A DNA stretch of 63,931 nt, counting the filler, from an uncultured Methanosarcinales archaeon (GTDB taxonomy: Archaea; Nanobdellota; Nanobdellia; Woesearchaeales; CAYXTQ01): NCBI GenBank assembly GCA_964608065.1. It is 3 parts of 3 records of this genome, joined end to end, with 100 filler letters (N's around TTAATTAATTAA, not from the genome) between each part and the next. Parts side by side here need not be neighbours in the genome. Positions count along the whole stretch, not along the records: positions 1 to 29,072 come from CAZSMA010000004.1; 2 more parts are not named here. One strand, 5' to 3'. Of the stretch, positions 10,125 to 20,067 are shown piece after piece. Under the pieces are notes generated by a model. The model saw nothing but the letters and a program-made list of their open reading frames with translations. It was not told where the DNA came from and did no database searches. A program made the translations under genes and the position numbers. The first letter of the stretch is position 1; each line of letters begins with the position of its first letter.

Positions 10125-10267
10125 CTTTTATTTATCTCCAAAATAAATCCATTTTTGTGTTTTTTAAATTCAATTTCAGTACCTTTATCTAAACCTTCAT
10201 ACTCAGCAAGCCTTTTAGGAATAGTAATTACCAACTGTCCTGATTGTAATTTTTGTATTTTAACCAT
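10121..10267 (-). CDS. AbrB/MazE/SpoVT-type small DNA-binding protein (not in ORF track)
   Basis: Manual translation MVKIQKLQSGQLVITIPKRLAEYEGLDKGTEIEFKKHKNGFILEINKR (48 aa); ATGA overlap with next gene. Confidence 0.8.
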   Translation of the reverse strand: MVKIQKLQSGQLVITIPKRLAEYEGLDKGTEIEFKKHKNGFILEINKR

Positions 10268-10371
10268 TGTACTATTATTTTTAATAGTATTTTTATTATT
10301 ATTTATATTATTTTATATAATATTATATTTAATAGTATATAAATATTGTGGTTTTAGAACAAGAATCTAGT

Positions 10372-11232
10372 TTACTTCAAAACTCTCTTAATCTCATCAA
10401 CCATATCACTAGCTAAATAAAAGTAGCCTTTCTTTCTTTTCAACAAAATATCTCCAATTAATCCAGAGAAATAAGCAGCATTAACAGCACTTTGCTCTAA
10501 ACTTAAACCTTGAGCTACAAACCCTAAGCACAATCCAGCTAAAACATCTCCTGTTCCAGCCTTTGTCATACCAGGATTGCCTGTTTTGTTGTAATAAGTT
10601 TTATTTTTTGAAATTATGACATCTATAGAACCTTTTAATAGAATTATATTGTTTTTTGCTAAGAATTCTTTTAAATCATCTTTAATTAAAGATACTTTTT
10701 TCTGCAATGTTTTCTCTTTTTTTATTTTTTTTATTAAATAGTGCTTATTTGAATTTTTCAAAAATAATTCCAACTCTTTAATGTGAGGGGTTATTATTGA
10801 ATTCTGTAAATCATCAACATTTACAGCTTTAACTCCGTCTGCATCTATAACTTCATTTTTATTAGTTTTACTTATTTTTTTCACAAAACTTTTTGTCTCT
10901 TTCTTAATTCCAACACCATTTCCAATTAAAAAACAATCAAAACTATTCAACATCTTACTAATCTCAGCAGCATGGCTTAATTTAAGGAAATTACCTTTTA
11001 ATTTCTTAGTTATCAAATCAGAACTCAAACAATTAACAGCCCATGCAACTTTTTCTGGAGCAACTATAGAAACTAAATCACAACCAGATCTTAAAGCAGC
11101 TAACCCAGCCAATACTACTGCTCCAACATAATCTTCATTTCCACCTATAACCAAAGCTCTTCCATTATCTCCTTTATGAGATTTTTTTGCTCTTTTTGGT
11201 AATTTAATGTTTTTTTTTATTATGTATTGCAT
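10372..11232 (-). CDS. nnrD: ADP-dependent NAD(P)H-hydrate dehydratase (YjeF C-domain)
   Basis: SHKGDNGRALVIGG..Y.GA, IDADG, ITPHIKE, KAGTGDVLAG. Confidence 0.93.
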   Translation of the reverse strand: MQYIIKKNIKLPKRAKKSHKGDNGRALVIGGNEDYVGAVVLAGLAALRSGCDLVSIVAPEKVAWAVNCLSSDLITKKLKGNFLKLSHAAEISKMLNSFDCFLIGNGVGIKKETKSFVKKISKTNKNEVIDADGVKAVNVDDLQNSIITPHIKELELFLKNSNKHYLIKKIKKEKTLQKKVSLIKDDLKEFLAKNNIILLKGSIDVIISKNKTYYNKTGNPGMTKAGTGDVLAGLCLGFVAQGLSLEQSAVNAAYFSGLIGDILLKRKKGYFYLASDMVDEIKRVLK

Positions 11233-11245
11233 TTTTTTATTATTA

Positions 11246-11671
11246 TTACAAATTTTTTTCTATCTCTTTAACAAAAATTTTTGCATCTTCTAATGCAGTT
11301 AAAGCATCTTCTTTTTCTGGCTTGTATTCTAAACCATACATAGCTTCATGTCTTTCTGTTCTATGTATATTTAAAAAATTTATGATATGCGAAGGTATTT
11401 TGTCACTATATTTTTCTCTTAAATAAATAAAAATTGCATAATGGCTTTTTTCCTGAATTCCATCTTTATAAAGTAATGCACGAGAAGCATGAAACATTGC
11501 CATATATGACTCCAAAATTGCATATTCAAAAATTTTTAATCTTATTGCTTGTCCTACATTTTTTAATCTTTGTTTAGCTATCTCTAAAGACCTTTTTGTT
11601 TTTTCTTTATCAGGTTTAATCTTTCTTAACAACCTAAACTTAAAACAATCTTCTATATTTCTTATTTCCAT
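11246..11671 (-). CDS. HEPN-domain protein (UPF0332-like), toxin candidate
   Basis: SYMAMFHASRALL..KSH..R..R...Y; coupled to MNT gene. Confidence 0.85.
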   Translation of the reverse strand: MEIRNIEDCFKFRLLRKIKPDKEKTKRSLEIAKQRLKNVGQAIRLKIFEYAILESYMAMFHASRALLYKDGIQEKSHYAIFIYLREKYSDKIPSHIINFLNIHRTERHEAMYGLEYKPEKEDALTALEDAKIFVKEIEKNL

Positions 11672-12213
11672 TTTACTATAGGAACTCCCCCATATAAAAC
11701 AATCCCATGACTAATAATTTCAAAATAAAAAGCTTTGTCTACTTTTGCTTTTTTATTCCATTTACTCCAACTAGATATGTGGAGTGTAATTTCTTTTCCA
11801 ATGATTTCTTCTATCTTATTTAAATTAAGGTGTTTTTCTTTTCCTATCACGAGAATATCAACATCACTTTTTTTGTCATCATCCCCTTTTGCCATAGAAC
11901 CAAACAAAACTATTGAAGAAACATTTACTAAATTATCTTTTAAAAAATCTATTAAACCAGATTTAAGGATAAGATTTATATTAAATGCAATCTTAAGATG
12001 TTTAAAAAATAAGTTATTAATATTTGCTCTAAAATATCTTAAATTAGCTTTTTTTTCATCTATAAGTAAATCTTTTTTAATTAATAAATCACAATATTTT
12101 TTGACTGCATATGGGCTTAATTTAGTATTTTTTGCTAGTTCCCTTAGATATACTTCTTTATAAGGATCTCTAAAAAAGAAATACAATACTTTTAATAACT
12201 TTAAATCTTCCAT
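11662..12213 (-). CDS. wHTH plus minimal nucleotidyltransferase (MNT antitoxin)
   Basis: N-terminal HTH; LFGSMAKG...SDVDILV motif. Confidence 0.88.
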   Translation of the reverse strand: MEDLKLLKVLYFFFRDPYKEVYLRELAKNTKLSPYAVKKYCDLLIKKDLLIDEKKANLRYFRANINNLFFKHLKIAFNINLILKSGLIDFLKDNLVNVSSIVLFGSMAKGDDDKKSDVDILVIGKEKHLNLNKIEEIIGKEITLHISSWSKWNKKAKVDKAFYFEIISHGIVLYGGVPIVKWK

Positions 12214-12413
12214 ACAATTGTTTTTATTTTTTAATTATATAAATCTTTTGTTTTTATATAAAAACAATTGTTTTTTATTTTTACTATTCCAGTAAACATT
12301 CCTATAAAAATAAGAAATATGCCAAGAAAAATTTATGTTTTATATTTTTTTTTAGAATTTATCATAATGTACCATATCTTTAAGTTTTCTTTTTTGTTTT
12401 ATCCAATAAGACC

Positions 12414-15400
12414 CTAGCCCCCATATAAATCCATAACCTCTTCATCACTCAAAGCCTTATCATAAACTCTAACATCATCTACAATACCTCTGAAATACTC
12501 CCCGCTTTTGTAGCTGCCTATCCAAAAATATTCATCACCAGACCCTTCACTTTCTGAATATTCTTTTTCCTCTATTTTATTTCCATCAAGATATGCATTA
12601 AATCTTTCTCCATCCCATGTCAAAGCAGCATGATACCATCTTCCTAATTGAATTGAATTATCTAATCCAATTGCTGTATCACCAACAGTCCAAACCATTC
12701 TGCTTCCTCTATGCTTCAAATAAATTCTCGTATTGTCAGGATCCCTTGTACCATCTCTTATCGTAACAATATAGCCGCTTATTGTTGGATCTGGGTCTTT
12801 TTCTGGATAAAACCAAGCTGTTACAGTTCCTTCAGGATAGTGATTTAAAGAAAACCAATCATGTGATGAAGCTGAATTTCCATCAAGTCTTAATCCATTA
12901 CCCAATTTAGATGATACAAATTCAGGATTTTTCATATTTGCATGATGATTATTACCAGAATGATCATTTAGATTAGATTCAAATGGATAATAAGCTATAA
13001 GATTTAATATAGATACACAGGCACCATCTTCACAGCCATTTGGGCAGTAATATGTTTCTTTTTCTAGTACAATTATTCCTTCTGTATCATTCCCTGTACA
13101 TGAATATTCCAATAATTCATTATTATTTATACACATATCTTCTATTGGTGTAGGAGTGCCGTAATCTGATGATGTTCCTTTCACATAATAATTTTTTCCA
13201 TCTGGATATTCTTCAGTTACATCAGAATCTGTGCATTCTATTTCTTCATCACAACTTTCAACTGCTATTATTTTATATGGTTTTTTACATTCATAATTTT
13301 CTGAACATTCTGTTTCATATATGCTTTCACAATAGTTCCTTTGTACATTTACACCAAATACTTTTCTATCTTCACATTTTGTATTAGTATAACCCTCTTT
13401 ACATTCAAATGGGTTCTTATTACATACACCAAAATCAACTTTTGTATAGACGTCATAGCAAGTTAATCTAGCATATAAACAACAGCCCACCTCTTGAATA
13501 TCCCCTTTACTTGAACAACTACTTACGAAATTGCAGTATTTTTCTGTGAACTCTTTATCGCATTGTATATTAAATCCTTCTTTGACAAACTTTGAAGGTA
13601 GTAAAAAGAAATCTTTGCCATTAGCTCCATTTTTAAATATTTTACAAGAAGGATTTTTAAGCATTTCAATCAAGGAAGTGTAATGTAAATAACTTATTAC
13701 AACGTCTTCAGTATCTAATGAACTCCAAGGATCCCTATAATAATTTGAGACACGAATTTTTCTTGGATAAACAGGTTCAATAGCTGGAACTTCTTCCTCT
13801 TCAACTTCTTCTAAAATACCCATCTTCTCAAATAATGATTCATTTGTTTCTTCTAATTCTATTGCTTCTCCTTCTTCTATTACTTCTACCTCCATTTCTT
13901 CTACCACTTCCTCATAACTTAGATCATATTTCTCAATATTGTATGCATAGGTTGTTTTATCATTAATCTTAACTAATAACCTTATCTTTGAACCTTGACC
14001 TAAATAATCGAATAATGGTTCTTCATTTAATACTTGTTCTATCTTAAATCTTAATTCTTCTCTAAGGTTATAAGGCACATCAATACACTTTCCTTTGTAT
14101 AAGCAATTGTCTAAAGAATTACATTCTTTTTCGTCACATATGTTAAATAGTCCCGCACCACAAAATGAGCATAACTTTTTGATACCATATTCTCTTAATT
14201 TTGGTTCAACTGTTCTACTATAACCAGACTCAAACTCTACATAAACATCTAGTATGCTGCTTCCAGGGAAATCCCCATAAGCAGGAACATAATGATAATA
14301 CTTAGGTTCTCTAAACATATCATTTGTTGCTTTTATTTTAAATACTTGTTTCTCAACAGGCAAATCTTCATTAATTATATAATCATATTCCTCAACACCA
14401 ACTACTTCAAAAGAAACATCATATTCTTCTACAGACTGATCAGGAAATTCTTGAAACTTCCATGTTGAACTCCATTTTTTACCAACATATAACGGAAAAT
14501 TCAATAAATCAATACTCCAATCAACTGTTCCCTCTTCTGTTATAACATCCAAAATCCTTAAATGGTCTTTTGTTACATAAAATTTTACTCTTTCTCTAGA
14601 AGAATAATCCTCATCTGTATAAATAATTTCATAAACTTTTTGACCTTCATAATTAGTTTTGCTTTCTATATATATCTCATGTCTGTTTACATATTCACGT
14701 CTTTCGGGTTCTGGTTTTTGATAAGTAGCTTCTTCATCAGGATTATAGGGTTGTGTAGATGTGTAGTAGTATTGGTGGTGTATTTCAGATTTCCAATAAG
14801 TACCAATTTCATAAATAGGTACATTAACTGTTGGAGAAATACAAGCTCCATCTTTGCAACCTTGTGGACAAAGTGTGATTTCTCTTCCAAAATGGATACT
14901 ACCACCATGACAATAATATTCAGAAACGTGTGAACCAGTTGCTAACTTTTTACCAAGATCAACCCCATCATTACAATAATCTTCAACAGTAGTTGATGCT
15001 CCACCACTTAACGTGCCTTGCAAAATACCTTTCACATAATAATTCTTTCCACCATCAGAGTCTGTGCAATCTACAGTTAAACCATCACAAATAGATGGTT
15101 TGTTAGTTCCAAAAGCATCACAGATAGCTTTCTTTAGACTATCTTCATCTCTAAGTCCGTCATATTGAACTCCGTTAATATGCATGGTAGGACTTCCAGA
15201 AATTCCTTGTGCAGCTAATCTTTCTGCACTATCCCAAAGAAGTTCTTCGCCTTCATCTCCATAAGCACAAGCTTTAATAGCATTAACATCTAGGCCATAT
15301 TCATCTGCGCAAGATTCCCAATCATCAGGGATGTTCCTTAAATCCTGGTTCATACAGACAATCATGTCCATATATCCAGAAGGTTCATACTTCTTTGCAC

Positions 15401-18227
15401 AAATTTGGATTTTATTACCTTCTGTTTCTGATTCTCCATGAAGACTATAAATTTCTCCGTTTCTGATATAAGATAGAAGATCTAGATTAAAATCAAGATA
15501 TGATCTAAATTGATCAATTAGATTATTCATAGTATTTTCAACTTTTGTTCCATAAGGACACTTGCTCATTACAGCTAGATCGAATCTTACTTGATTATCT
15601 TGAATACAAGCACCATCTTCGCAGCCATTTGGGCAATTATAAAGAACTTTTTCTCCATAATTATCAGGCATACACACATATTCCACGACCATTCCTTCTT
15701 CATCTCCAGCTAATCCACAATAATCAGTCCACTCACTCCATACTCCTGGGGCTTCCAAACCATGTACTGTTCCTTTCTCATAATAATTCTTCCAACCGTC
15801 AGAATCTATACATCCTTTTAAAAAACAAAAAGTAACTGAATCACTAAAAATTTTAAGTACTTTAATTATTTTCCCATTTGCTAAAATATAAGAACCCTCC
15901 TCATCTAGTGAATCTGTGATCTCTCCATTTACAGTGAGTATAACCGCTTCTGCAATATTTGTAGCTTCAACATAATAGTCCCATGCTCCAACAGTATATG
16001 TTGATGATTCTCCTTCATTTAAACTACCTATTGCCTCACATTCTGGTGCAGTGCAAGCACCGTCTTTACAGCCGTTTGGACAAACATGGGTTTCCCATTT
16101 CACTTCATTATTTTCACAATAACCTTCACTTAAAGTATTTGCATTACTACAAGAATCTATTGCAGCACTACGTCTTCCTTCATAAGCGATAACACCCCTC
16201 ACATAATAATTCTTTCCACCATCAGAATCTGTGCATAATGTTTCAGGACATTTTGGTCCGTCTGCACCATTATAGTAATTATTTCCAATTCCATCTACAC
16301 AGTAAATATTTTGTGAGGGATTATCATCATCAATACCGGAAGTATAGATATCATTATTCCAGATGCTATTGTTATAGGCTTCTATTTCTACTGATCCGTC
16401 TTCCTCATGAGAGTAACTATTAACAATTATTGCATGGTTTTTATTATCCTTAAATATATTATTTGAGATTGTATTTGAAAAAGAGGGTGTTCCTGTTGAT
16501 CCCAACAAAGAACCAACTATGTTAAAATTAACTTCATTATCTAACATAAAATTTTCAGAGGATGACTGAAAATATACTCCAACATTACGGTTATTCTCAA
16601 TTGTATTGTAGAGAATTGTATTGTTAGAAGAATACAAGAGGAATATCCCATTAGAATGGTTCCGAATAATATTGGACTCAATTATATTATGACCTGAGAA
16701 ATCTAAACTAATAGCTATACCAGCATAATACCCCCCAAAAGAACTATTTTCAATGAAATTATTAGAAATATTATTATAGGGTGAATGGCGGAGAAAAATA
16801 GCCACACCTGCATAATTATGGATATTGTTATTATAGATAAGATTATTGTGGCTATTACGCTCCATATAGATTCCGTGTACAGAAGTTCCAAAGAAATTGT
16901 TATCAAGTAGGTGTATATTAGAGGAAGAATGCATAAAGATACCATATTTATATTCTCGGATTTCACAATTTTTTATTTCAACATTATTGATTTCATCAAG
17001 TAAGATTCCATAATTTTCTGTATTGACATCTCCATCTAAAACCGCCCTATCACAATCCAACACAACATTATCAGCTCCTATTGTTATTCCATTAGGTAAA
17101 TTATAAGTTCCTGGGCAGAAAGTAGTGTCTTCAGTGATTATCATATCATCTGTTGGGGTTGTACATCCTATTTCTACTACGCAGTCTCCACAATCCCACT
17201 CATCCGTATCAGCTGGGCTAGTACATGCTGTAACGCTGCCATCAGGGCATCTTGAAAATTTAGCTTTTAATTCATTATTATCTTCATTCTCTTCCTCTAT
17301 TTCATTGTCAGGGTCTACTATAACTGTTATAACATCATAGGTAGTAAGTTGTCTCGTTCCTAATACAATTTGTTTTTGCTCTTCAGGAGATAATTGTTCA
17401 TTAGTAGTGCCTGAGATAAACTCAATTGGATCATCATTAATATGTGCTTTAAAACTGTATCCATCTGAAAAACCCAGTCCTATGTTTTTAATTACAGCAA
17501 ACAAATCATAATAATTATCTCCTACATCATTAAAGGTAGCATCGCTGATAATTAAATCTGGCTTACCTATTATAAAACAGCATTTACCAGTATCACAAGA
17601 ATAACTTTTTTCTTCTTCTCCTTCTTCGCAGCTTGTCTTACATTCTCCTCCATTAAGTACACATTCTGTAAGATCACCTTCTTCTGTTATTGAAAGTACA
17701 ACTGGTAAACCAAATTTTTTAAAATTTAATGTAGTTTCATCCTGCGCTTTTAATAAAATTCCAAAATTAGAGTTAAGATCAATAACCCAACTTTGGACTA
17801 GGTCTGTAATATCTAAATTATAATCTCCAGAGTCAGTAACTTCAACAGTAGCTTGTAATGTAGTATCATATTGTGGTTGTGTGTTCCATGTTACATCATC
17901 CCATTCTTCTAAAACTTTATAGATTTCTAATATTTGTGGATAAGTATTAGTTCCTTGGTCTCCTATTTCTGCATTCAGGGTTAATATTGCGCTACCAATC
18001 TTTTTGTTTTCATAAGCACTAACATCAAAATCTAGTAAAGACCTTGCAATCTTGTCTCCACCATCGGTTGAAAAAACTCCAACATACAAGTCAAGAGTAT
18101 AAGCAACATTGGCCGGATGATATTCATTTAATACAGCATACTTAACACTATTAATATCGTTTCCTTTAACAGAAAAAATACAAATTGTTAATAAAATTAT
18201 TATGATTAATTTTTTGTTTTTATACAT
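12414..18227 (-). CDS. Giant mosaic secreted/surface protein (DNRLRE-like, CARDB, NosD beta-helix, Cys-rich repeats, thioredoxin-like, LamG)
   Basis: 1937 aa; signal peptide; RSLLDFD..VTWNTQP; PDLII..VDPDNEIEEENEDNN; Asn-ladder beta-helix; 4 C.DSD..GKNYY repeats; MSKCPYG..GSPT; WYHAALTWDG..VDDVRVYDKAL. Confidence 0.85.
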   Translation of the reverse strand: MYKNKKLIIIILLTICIFSVKGNDINSVKYAVLNEYHPANVAYTLDLYVGVFSTDGGDKIARSLLDFDVSAYENKKIGSAILTLNAEIGDQGTNTYPQILEIYKVLEEWDDVTWNTQPQYDTTLQATVEVTDSGDYNLDITDLVQSWVIDLNSNFGILLKAQDETTLNFKKFGLPVVLSITEEGDLTECVLNGGECKTSCEEGEEEKSYSCDTGKCCFIIGKPDLIISDATFNDVGDNYYDLFAVIKNIGLGFSDGYSFKAHINDDPIEFISGTTNEQLSPEEQKQIVLGTRQLTTYDVITVIVDPDNEIEEENEDNNELKAKFSRCPDGSVTACTSPADTDEWDCGDCVVEIGCTTPTDDMIITEDTTFCPGTYNLPNGITIGADNVVLDCDRAVLDGDVNTENYGILLDEINNVEIKNCEIREYKYGIFMHSSSNIHLLDNNFFGTSVHGIYMERNSHNNLIYNNNIHNYAGVAIFLRHSPYNNISNNFIENSSFGGYYAGIAISLDFSGHNIIESNIIRNHSNGIFLLYSSNNTILYNTIENNRNVGVYFQSSSENFMLDNEVNFNIVGSLLGSTGTPSFSNTISNNIFKDNKNHAIIVNSYSHEEDGSVEIEAYNNSIWNNDIYTSGIDDDNPSQNIYCVDGIGNNYYNGADGPKCPETLCTDSDGGKNYYVRGVIAYEGRRSAAIDSCSNANTLSEGYCENNEVKWETHVCPNGCKDGACTAPECEAIGSLNEGESSTYTVGAWDYYVEATNIAEAVILTVNGEITDSLDEEGSYILANGKIIKVLKIFSDSVTFCFLKGCIDSDGWKNYYEKGTVHGLEAPGVWSEWTDYCGLAGDEEGMVVEYVCMPDNYGEKVLYNCPNGCEDGACIQDNQVRFDLAVMSKCPYGTKVENTMNNLIDQFRSYLDFNLDLLSYIRNGEIYSLHGESETEGNKIQICAKKYEPSGYMDMIVCMNQDLRNIPDDWESCADEYGLDVNAIKACAYGDEGEELLWDSAERLAAQGISGSPTMHINGVQYDGLRDEDSLKKAICDAFGTNKPSICDGLTVDCTDSDGGKNYYVKGILQGTLSGGASTTVEDYCNDGVDLGKKLATGSHVSEYYCHGGSIHFGREITLCPQGCKDGACISPTVNVPIYEIGTYWKSEIHHQYYYTSTQPYNPDEEATYQKPEPERREYVNRHEIYIESKTNYEGQKVYEIIYTDEDYSSRERVKFYVTKDHLRILDVITEEGTVDWSIDLLNFPLYVGKKWSSTWKFQEFPDQSVEEYDVSFEVVGVEEYDYIINEDLPVEKQVFKIKATNDMFREPKYYHYVPAYGDFPGSSILDVYVEFESGYSRTVEPKLREYGIKKLCSFCGAGLFNICDEKECNSLDNCLYKGKCIDVPYNLREELRFKIEQVLNEEPLFDYLGQGSKIRLLVKINDKTTYAYNIEKYDLSYEEVVEEMEVEVIEEGEAIELEETNESLFEKMGILEEVEEEEVPAIEPVYPRKIRVSNYYRDPWSSLDTEDVVISYLHYTSLIEMLKNPSCKIFKNGANGKDFFLLPSKFVKEGFNIQCDKEFTEKYCNFVSSCSSKGDIQEVGCCLYARLTCYDVYTKVDFGVCNKNPFECKEGYTNTKCEDRKVFGVNVQRNYCESIYETECSENYECKKPYKIIAVESCDEEIECTDSDVTEEYPDGKNYYVKGTSSDYGTPTPIEDMCINNNELLEYSCTGNDTEGIIVLEKETYYCPNGCEDGACVSILNLIAYYPFESNLNDHSGNNHHANMKNPEFVSSKLGNGLRLDGNSASSHDWFSLNHYPEGTVTAWFYPEKDPDPTISGYIVTIRDGTRDPDNTRIYLKHRGSRMVWTVGDTAIGLDNSIQLGRWYHAALTWDGERFNAYLDGNKIEEKEYSESEGSGDEYFWIGSYKSGEYFRGIVDDVRVYDKALSDEEVMDLYGG

Positions 18228-18711
18228 TTTTTATTAACACCTCGTTACCTTGGCCTTCTAATCTTAATTTTACCTGGCCTTTATTAACATCAAAACACAT
18301 GAATTCACAACAACCTATAGTTATTTCTTCAATTTCCATACCTTCAGGCAAACCCCCACTAATCAAGAACAGGTTCTCTTTGACATTATCTCTTATTGTG
18401 TTTATAACTATGGGGTCCTCATCTATTTTTGGGCAACCTTTACACAGTAAAGGATTGGTGTCTTTAGGATCACTAAAACAAATTTTATCTACATCTACAG
18501 GAATCCCATATGTTTCAACTTTTACACTTCCGTAATCTACAGAATTAACATCATTTTCTAAGTCTGATTTAAATAAAATAACTTTTGTTTTTTCTCCTTT
18601 TTCTCCGATATCTTTTATAAAACTATAGCCACTTAAAAGAATAAAAGTAAATATTATAAGTAGAAGTACATAAAGTACAGGTTGTCCAAATATCTGACAT
18701 CTTTTTTTCAT
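18220..18711 (-). CDS. Pilin-like protein with class III-type signal
   Basis: MKKRCQ followed by hydrophobic helix, similar to archaeal KK(G/A)Q prepilin motif. Confidence 0.55.
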   Translation of the reverse strand: MKKRCQIFGQPVLYVLLLIIFTFILLSGYSFIKDIGEKGEKTKVILFKSDLENDVNSVDYGSVKVETYGIPVDVDKICFSDPKDTNPLLCKGCPKIDEDPIVINTIRDNVKENLFLISGGLPEGMEIEEITIGCCEFMCFDVNKGQVKLRLEGQGNEVLIKNV

Positions 18712-18760
18712 TCTACTATCACTATATTAGTATACATAAAAGTATACTATATAAATTTTT

Positions 18761-19330
18761 CTATTTTAGAATCCCAATATCAACAACAACTGTCTTATCT
18801 TTATAGTTTATTAAACCTTTCTTTATATCATGAAATGTTATTATCAAATCAGCTTCAATAAACTTATTTGATTTTCCCCCAGTATCAGGATTTACTCCAG
18901 TTGGAACATCAACACTAACTTTATATGATTTAGAGTTATTAAATTCATCTATAACAGAAGCAATCGGTTCTTTAATATCTCCTTTAACTCCTGTTCCTAA
19001 TAAAGCATCTATCATAATATCATATTTTTTCTCAATTTTATTTACTTTATTGATGATTTTCTTATAACTGATTTCTGCTTCTTTCTTAAATTTGCTTTCA
19101 TCACCTATAAACAGAATATCTACATCACATTTCTTAATTAAATATCTTGCAGCAACAAACCCATCACCGCCATTATTGCCATGATAACATATTATCAGAA
19201 TTTTTTTACCATCTAAATCAAATCTTTCATTAAGAACTTCAAAAATTCCTTTTCCAGCATTTTCCATTAATTCTAATTTAGAGATTCCACAATTATCTTC
19301 TAATTCCCTCATTTCTTTAGTAGAAATCAT
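18761..19330 (-). CDS. nnrE: NAD(P)H-hydrate epimerase (YjeF N-domain)
   Basis: LMENAG, GNNGGDG, DALLGTG, SVDVPTG. Confidence 0.93.
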   Translation of the reverse strand: MISTKEMRELEDNCGISKLELMENAGKGIFEVLNERFDLDGKKILIICYHGNNGGDGFVAARYLIKKCDVDILFIGDESKFKKEAEISYKKIINKVNKIEKKYDIMIDALLGTGVKGDIKEPIASVIDEFNNSKSYKVSVDVPTGVNPDTGGKSNKFIEADLIITFHDIKKGLINYKDKTVVVDIGILK

Positions 19331-19335
19331 TTTAG

Positions 19336-19662
19336 CTAATATTTAAATCTTCGTTCATATTCTTTATGATCTAACCATTCTAAAATTATAGAAATCACTA
19401 AAACTCTACCACTTTCAATAGAATAGATTAACCTCCATGCTTCTGGTAAATTATATTTCCAAAGATTTTTAACATTATACTTCTGTTTGTATTCTTTAGG
19501 AATAAGTCTTTTTGGAATTTGAATTCCACAAAAAGCATTTTCTTCTATATTCTTAAAAGCTTTAACTAAATTATCATATAGTATGCTGTCTGTAGGTTTT
19601 AAATCCTCAAATGCTTTCTTTATTTTATCGTCTGCGAATTGTATTTTAGATGGCAATTTCAT
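19336..19662 (-). CDS. RelE/ParE-superfamily toxin-like protein (paralogue of 392-721)
   Basis: Shares NAFCGIQIPKRLIPK..NLWKY.LP..WRLIYS..HKEYERRF.Y. Confidence 0.65.
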   Translation of the reverse strand: MKLPSKIQFADDKIKKAFEDLKPTDSILYDNLVKAFKNIEENAFCGIQIPKRLIPKEYKQKYNVKNLWKYNLPEAWRLIYSIESGRVLVISIILEWLDHKEYERRFKY

Positions 19663-19753
19663 TGTTTTACTTTTATTTTCTATATTTATTATTTAAATCT
19701 TTAGTTTTCAGGAAATGATATGGATAAAATCAAAAAGTTTATATAATAGTTAG

Positions 19754-19771
19754 TTATATCAATTGATATAA
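19754..19771. promoter_or_regulatory. Perfect 18-bp palindrome TTATATCAATTGATATAA, operator candidate
   Basis: Between TATA (TTTATATA 19738-19745) and start codon; matches core at 81-98. Confidence 0.55.
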
Positions 19772-20064
19772 TGCCTATATTAATAAAAAAAAAACAAAAA
19801 AGTGTATTAAGATCACCCAGGTTAGATACAGTTCTGATGGTAGAGAGATTTATTAAAGAACATGATGGAGATTTTAAAAAAAAAAAAACCTGGGAAAAAC
19901 TACCAAAAAAAATGATGTACCAGACATTTTGTGTAATAATGGACTATCTATTATATTCTCATAAGATATCAATTGATGCAGAAGGAAAAATAGGCTGGAT
20001 TTACTATCCTGAATCTACAGATGAAAGAATAAAGAATAAACACTTGTTCTGGAGTTCTAGTTAA
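19771..20064 (+). CDS. Small winged-helix protein (paralogue of 117-395)
   Basis: Shares LDTVLMVE.FI..H.G.FKK...W..LPKK.MYQTFCVI.DYL. Confidence 0.7.
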   Translation: MPILIKKKQKSVLRSPRLDTVLMVERFIKEHDGDFKKKKTWEKLPKKMMYQTFCVIMDYLLYSHKISIDAEGKIGWIYYPESTDERIKNKHLFWSSS

Positions 20065-20067
20065 TTT

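Noticed and set aside
10155..10370. 71-aa + strand ORF
   Set aside because: Shadow of the minus-strand AbrB gene and its AT-rich promoter
12214..12275. Repeated ACAATTGTTTTT around the MNT promoter
   Set aside because: Plausible ordinary autoregulatory operator but low complexity; not distinctive
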